From assembly GCA_019058015.1 (NCBI GenBank), contig JAHLWH010000265.1:1-19714 (forward strand): a stretch of 19,714 nt of DNA, read 5' to 3'. Positions 17,823 to 19,714 of the stretch are shown here, piece by piece (positions within the stretch are counted from its first letter, which is position 1; each line of letters starts with the position of its first letter). The notes under the pieces were generated by a model that worked only from the letters and a program-made list of their open reading frames with translations, searched no databases and had not been told where the DNA came from. Position numbers and translations under genes: made by a program. The stretch is from Promethearchaeota archaeon (GTDB taxonomy: Archaea > Asgardarchaeota > Lokiarchaeia > Sigyniarchaeales > SOKP01).

Positions 17823-18032
17823 CTAGAAGTATTTAATAGCGAGTAAGATATCTTCTTTTGTAATTTTCTTCCTCTTCGAATGTTTTGTTAACTTCAAAGC
17901 GGTTTCAGTTATTGATTTACTGGCAACACCCAACCAATCGATTAATTCATCAACAGCGTCGCGTGCAACGATTGTAGCACCAACGTTTTTCATTAATCGG
18001 CGGATGGGGCTCCATGAAAAGTATTCTGCCAT
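17823..18032 (-). CDS. Archaeal histone (single histone fold, no tail)
   Basis: 69 aa; PIRRLMK..GA.IVARDAV, HSKRKKITKEDI with the R-D clamp. Confidence 0.92.
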   Translation of the reverse strand: MAEYFSWSPIRRLMKNVGATIVARDAVDELIDWLGVASKSITETALKLTKHSKRKKITKEDILLAIKYF

Positions 18033-18121
18033 AATTTTTCACACTTTTTTATTTTTTTTATTAATTTTTTATTTTATATTTATATAAAAATTTGTGTTTG
18101 AATTAATATATTCTCTTCAAA

Positions 18122-18137
18122 TATTTAAAGATTTTGG
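18122..18137 (-). promoter_or_regulatory. Candidate BRE + TATA box for the histone gene
   Basis: Minus strand CCAAAATC-TTTAAATA about 90 nt upstream of the ATG; an alternative TTTATATA box lies near 18080-18088. Confidence 0.3.
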
Positions 18138-18466
18138 TGTGTATTGAAAAATAGTAAAAAAAAAGTGAGAAAAATTGAAATATTTTTGTCGAGTCATGGA
18201 ATTTGTTAATCTGGTAAGAGATAATTTTTTTAATTAAATTTCATCAGCTGACCAAAATTTGTAACCAATTAATAATATTTGTAATGATTTTTATATATTT
18301 TTTATTAATGGGATTAAATTTTAGAATTAAAGTAGGTTTTTATAAAAATGTGAGATAGAATATTAGAAAAAATATTAAAAGATATAAGAAAACTTTTACT
18401 ATTTGCTAAGTAGATTTATAATTTATTTGGTAAAATTTATTTTAATCTAAATCAAATTCAACTATT

Positions 18467-18970
18467 ATGATAAATCCAAAAGATTTTTTGGAATTTCTAA
18501 AGAGAAGAAGAAGTATAAGAATGTTTCAGAATAAGATGATTCCAGATGATGAAATTGAAATGATTTTAGAAGCAGCAAGATGGACACCCAGCGCTTCAAA
18601 TAGACAGCCATGGCAATTTATAGTTATAAAGGATAAGGAATTGTTAAAAACTCTTTCAAAAATAACGATTTATGGGTATTTTATAGCGCAAGCACCAGTA
18701 GCCATTGCTATTGTGGGTAAGATTTCAGAAAGTCCAAACTGGTATATTCAAGATACTACACTGGCTTCAATGAGTATAATGCTTATGGCTTGGTCTCTAG
18801 GTATTGGAACATGTTGGATTGGCAGTTTAGATCGAGAAAAGACTAAAGAATTGTTAAACATAGGCAAAAAGGACTATTTACTTACAGTATTACCATTGGG
18901 TTATATTAAAGGAGATATTCCTAAACCTACACCGCGTAAGGAATTAAAAGAAATAAAAAAAGAAATTTAA
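18467..18970 (+). CDS. Nitroreductase family flavoprotein
   Basis: RRRSIRMF, ILEAARWTPSASNRQPWQFIVI, MLMAWSLGIGTCWIG, LGY, TPRK. Confidence 0.95.
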   Translation: MINPKDFLEFLKRRRSIRMFQNKMIPDDEIEMILEAARWTPSASNRQPWQFIVIKDKELLKTLSKITIYGYFIAQAPVAIAIVGKISESPNWYIQDTTLASMSIMLMAWSLGIGTCWIGSLDREKTKELLNIGKKDYLLTVLPLGYIKGDIPKPTPRKELKEIKKEI

Positions 18971-18993
18971 AAATTTTTTATTAATAATCTGAA

Positions 18994-19421
18994 TTAAAAC
19001 ATATCTTTTTGAATAGAATTTTCAATTTCTTTATTAATATCATCAGTTGGTTTTTTGACACATCCTATTTCTGCTATTACCTGAAGTCCTGTTGGACTTA
19101 CTATTTCCTTTATATCGTTACAAATCTTTGGTGGACTATTTGGATCAGCACCTGTCCCAAATACGATAAGTTTTTTGCCTTGTAGATTCAATTGGTTAAC
19201 TTTTTTAAGAATTTTTTAAAAGTCCTCGCCATTTGACCAGCATGAGTTGGAGAACCCAATCCTATGATTCCAAAATCTTTAATAGAATCAATTGATTTGA
19301 ATTCTTTATCCCGATAAATCTCCACCGAAACCTCCAGATCTTCCAATCTTTTCATAATTTTTTCTGCTAATAATTTTGTGTTACCAGATCGTGTATCATA
19401 GATAATGATTGCATTTGACAT
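18994..19421 (-). pseudogene. Flavodoxin-like protein split by a -1 frameshift (lesion, sequencing error or recoding)
   Basis: 19188..19421 has IIYDTRSGNT and LGSPTH; 18994..19191 has LQGKKLIVFGTG; together one 142-aa flavodoxin fold; span of 428 nt is one base short of a whole number of codons. Confidence 0.8.
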
Positions 19422-19576
19422 TATTCATCACTCTCTTAAAATAATGTAATATAATATCTGGAAGAACTTAAATAACTTTTTTATTATTTAAAAAGGGAAT
19501 TAAAAAATACTTAAAATTTCTTAAGTTCCATAACAAATAATCTTTTATTTTTAATGATTCCGGAATTTCTATAGGT

Positions 19577-19714
19577 TTAAGATAAAAATTCTTTTATAAC
19601 TTCTTTGAATTCCTTGAGGTTTAATGGTTTTGAGAGCGATTTATTAAAACCAGCCCTAGCAAATATGGATTCCCTATTACCTTCAACTGGAGAAGAAGAG
19701 GCGGCAATAATTGG
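19577..19714 (-). CDS. Response regulator receiver domain, C-terminal part (starts outside window)
   Basis: Not in ORF track. PIIAASSSPVEGNRESIFARAGFNKSLSKPLNLKEFKEVIKEFLS*: PII, AGF and KP motifs of a CheY/DivK-like REC domain. Confidence 0.75.
   Translation of the reverse strand, partial: PIIAASSSPVEGNRESIFARAGFNKSLSKPLNLKEFKEVIKEFLS

Noticed and set aside
18033-18466. CRISPR array, tRNA, structured ncRNA or replication origin
   Set aside because: No repeat-spacer periodicity, GC-rich stems, cloverleaf or ORB-like repeats seen, and no adjacent cdc6/orc1.

Overview
AT-rich archaeal chromosomal window, most likely an Asgard archaeon of the Lokiarchaeia type (inferred from a tail-less histone, a Ras/Rab-like GTPase remnant, a stand-alone GMP synthase ATPPase subunit and a HEPN-MNT pair). 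It carries about 20 intact genes, mainly anaerobic heterotrophic metabolism (Fe-S protein + DUF169, GHMP sugar kinase + nucleotidyltransferase, GH3 glycosidase, a 2-hydroxyacyl-CoA dehydratase-family pair, URO-D-like protein, nitroreductase) plus two toxin-antitoxin modules. The most interesting signals are absent from the ORF track: two genes whose conserved N-termini can only start at ATT/ATA codons 7 nt after a Shine-Dalgarno motif; a flavodoxin gene split exactly at an in-frame A_AAA_AAG slippery heptamer; an alpha/beta hydrolase gene whose middle is replaced by a different hydrolase gene between 6-bp direct repeats; and a deletion scar fusing the 3' halves of two divergent genes (small GTPase and DUF6485-like). 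I found no rRNA, tRNA, CRISPR array or transposase, and no single large novel system that I can support. All family calls are from motif recognition by eye, not database searches.
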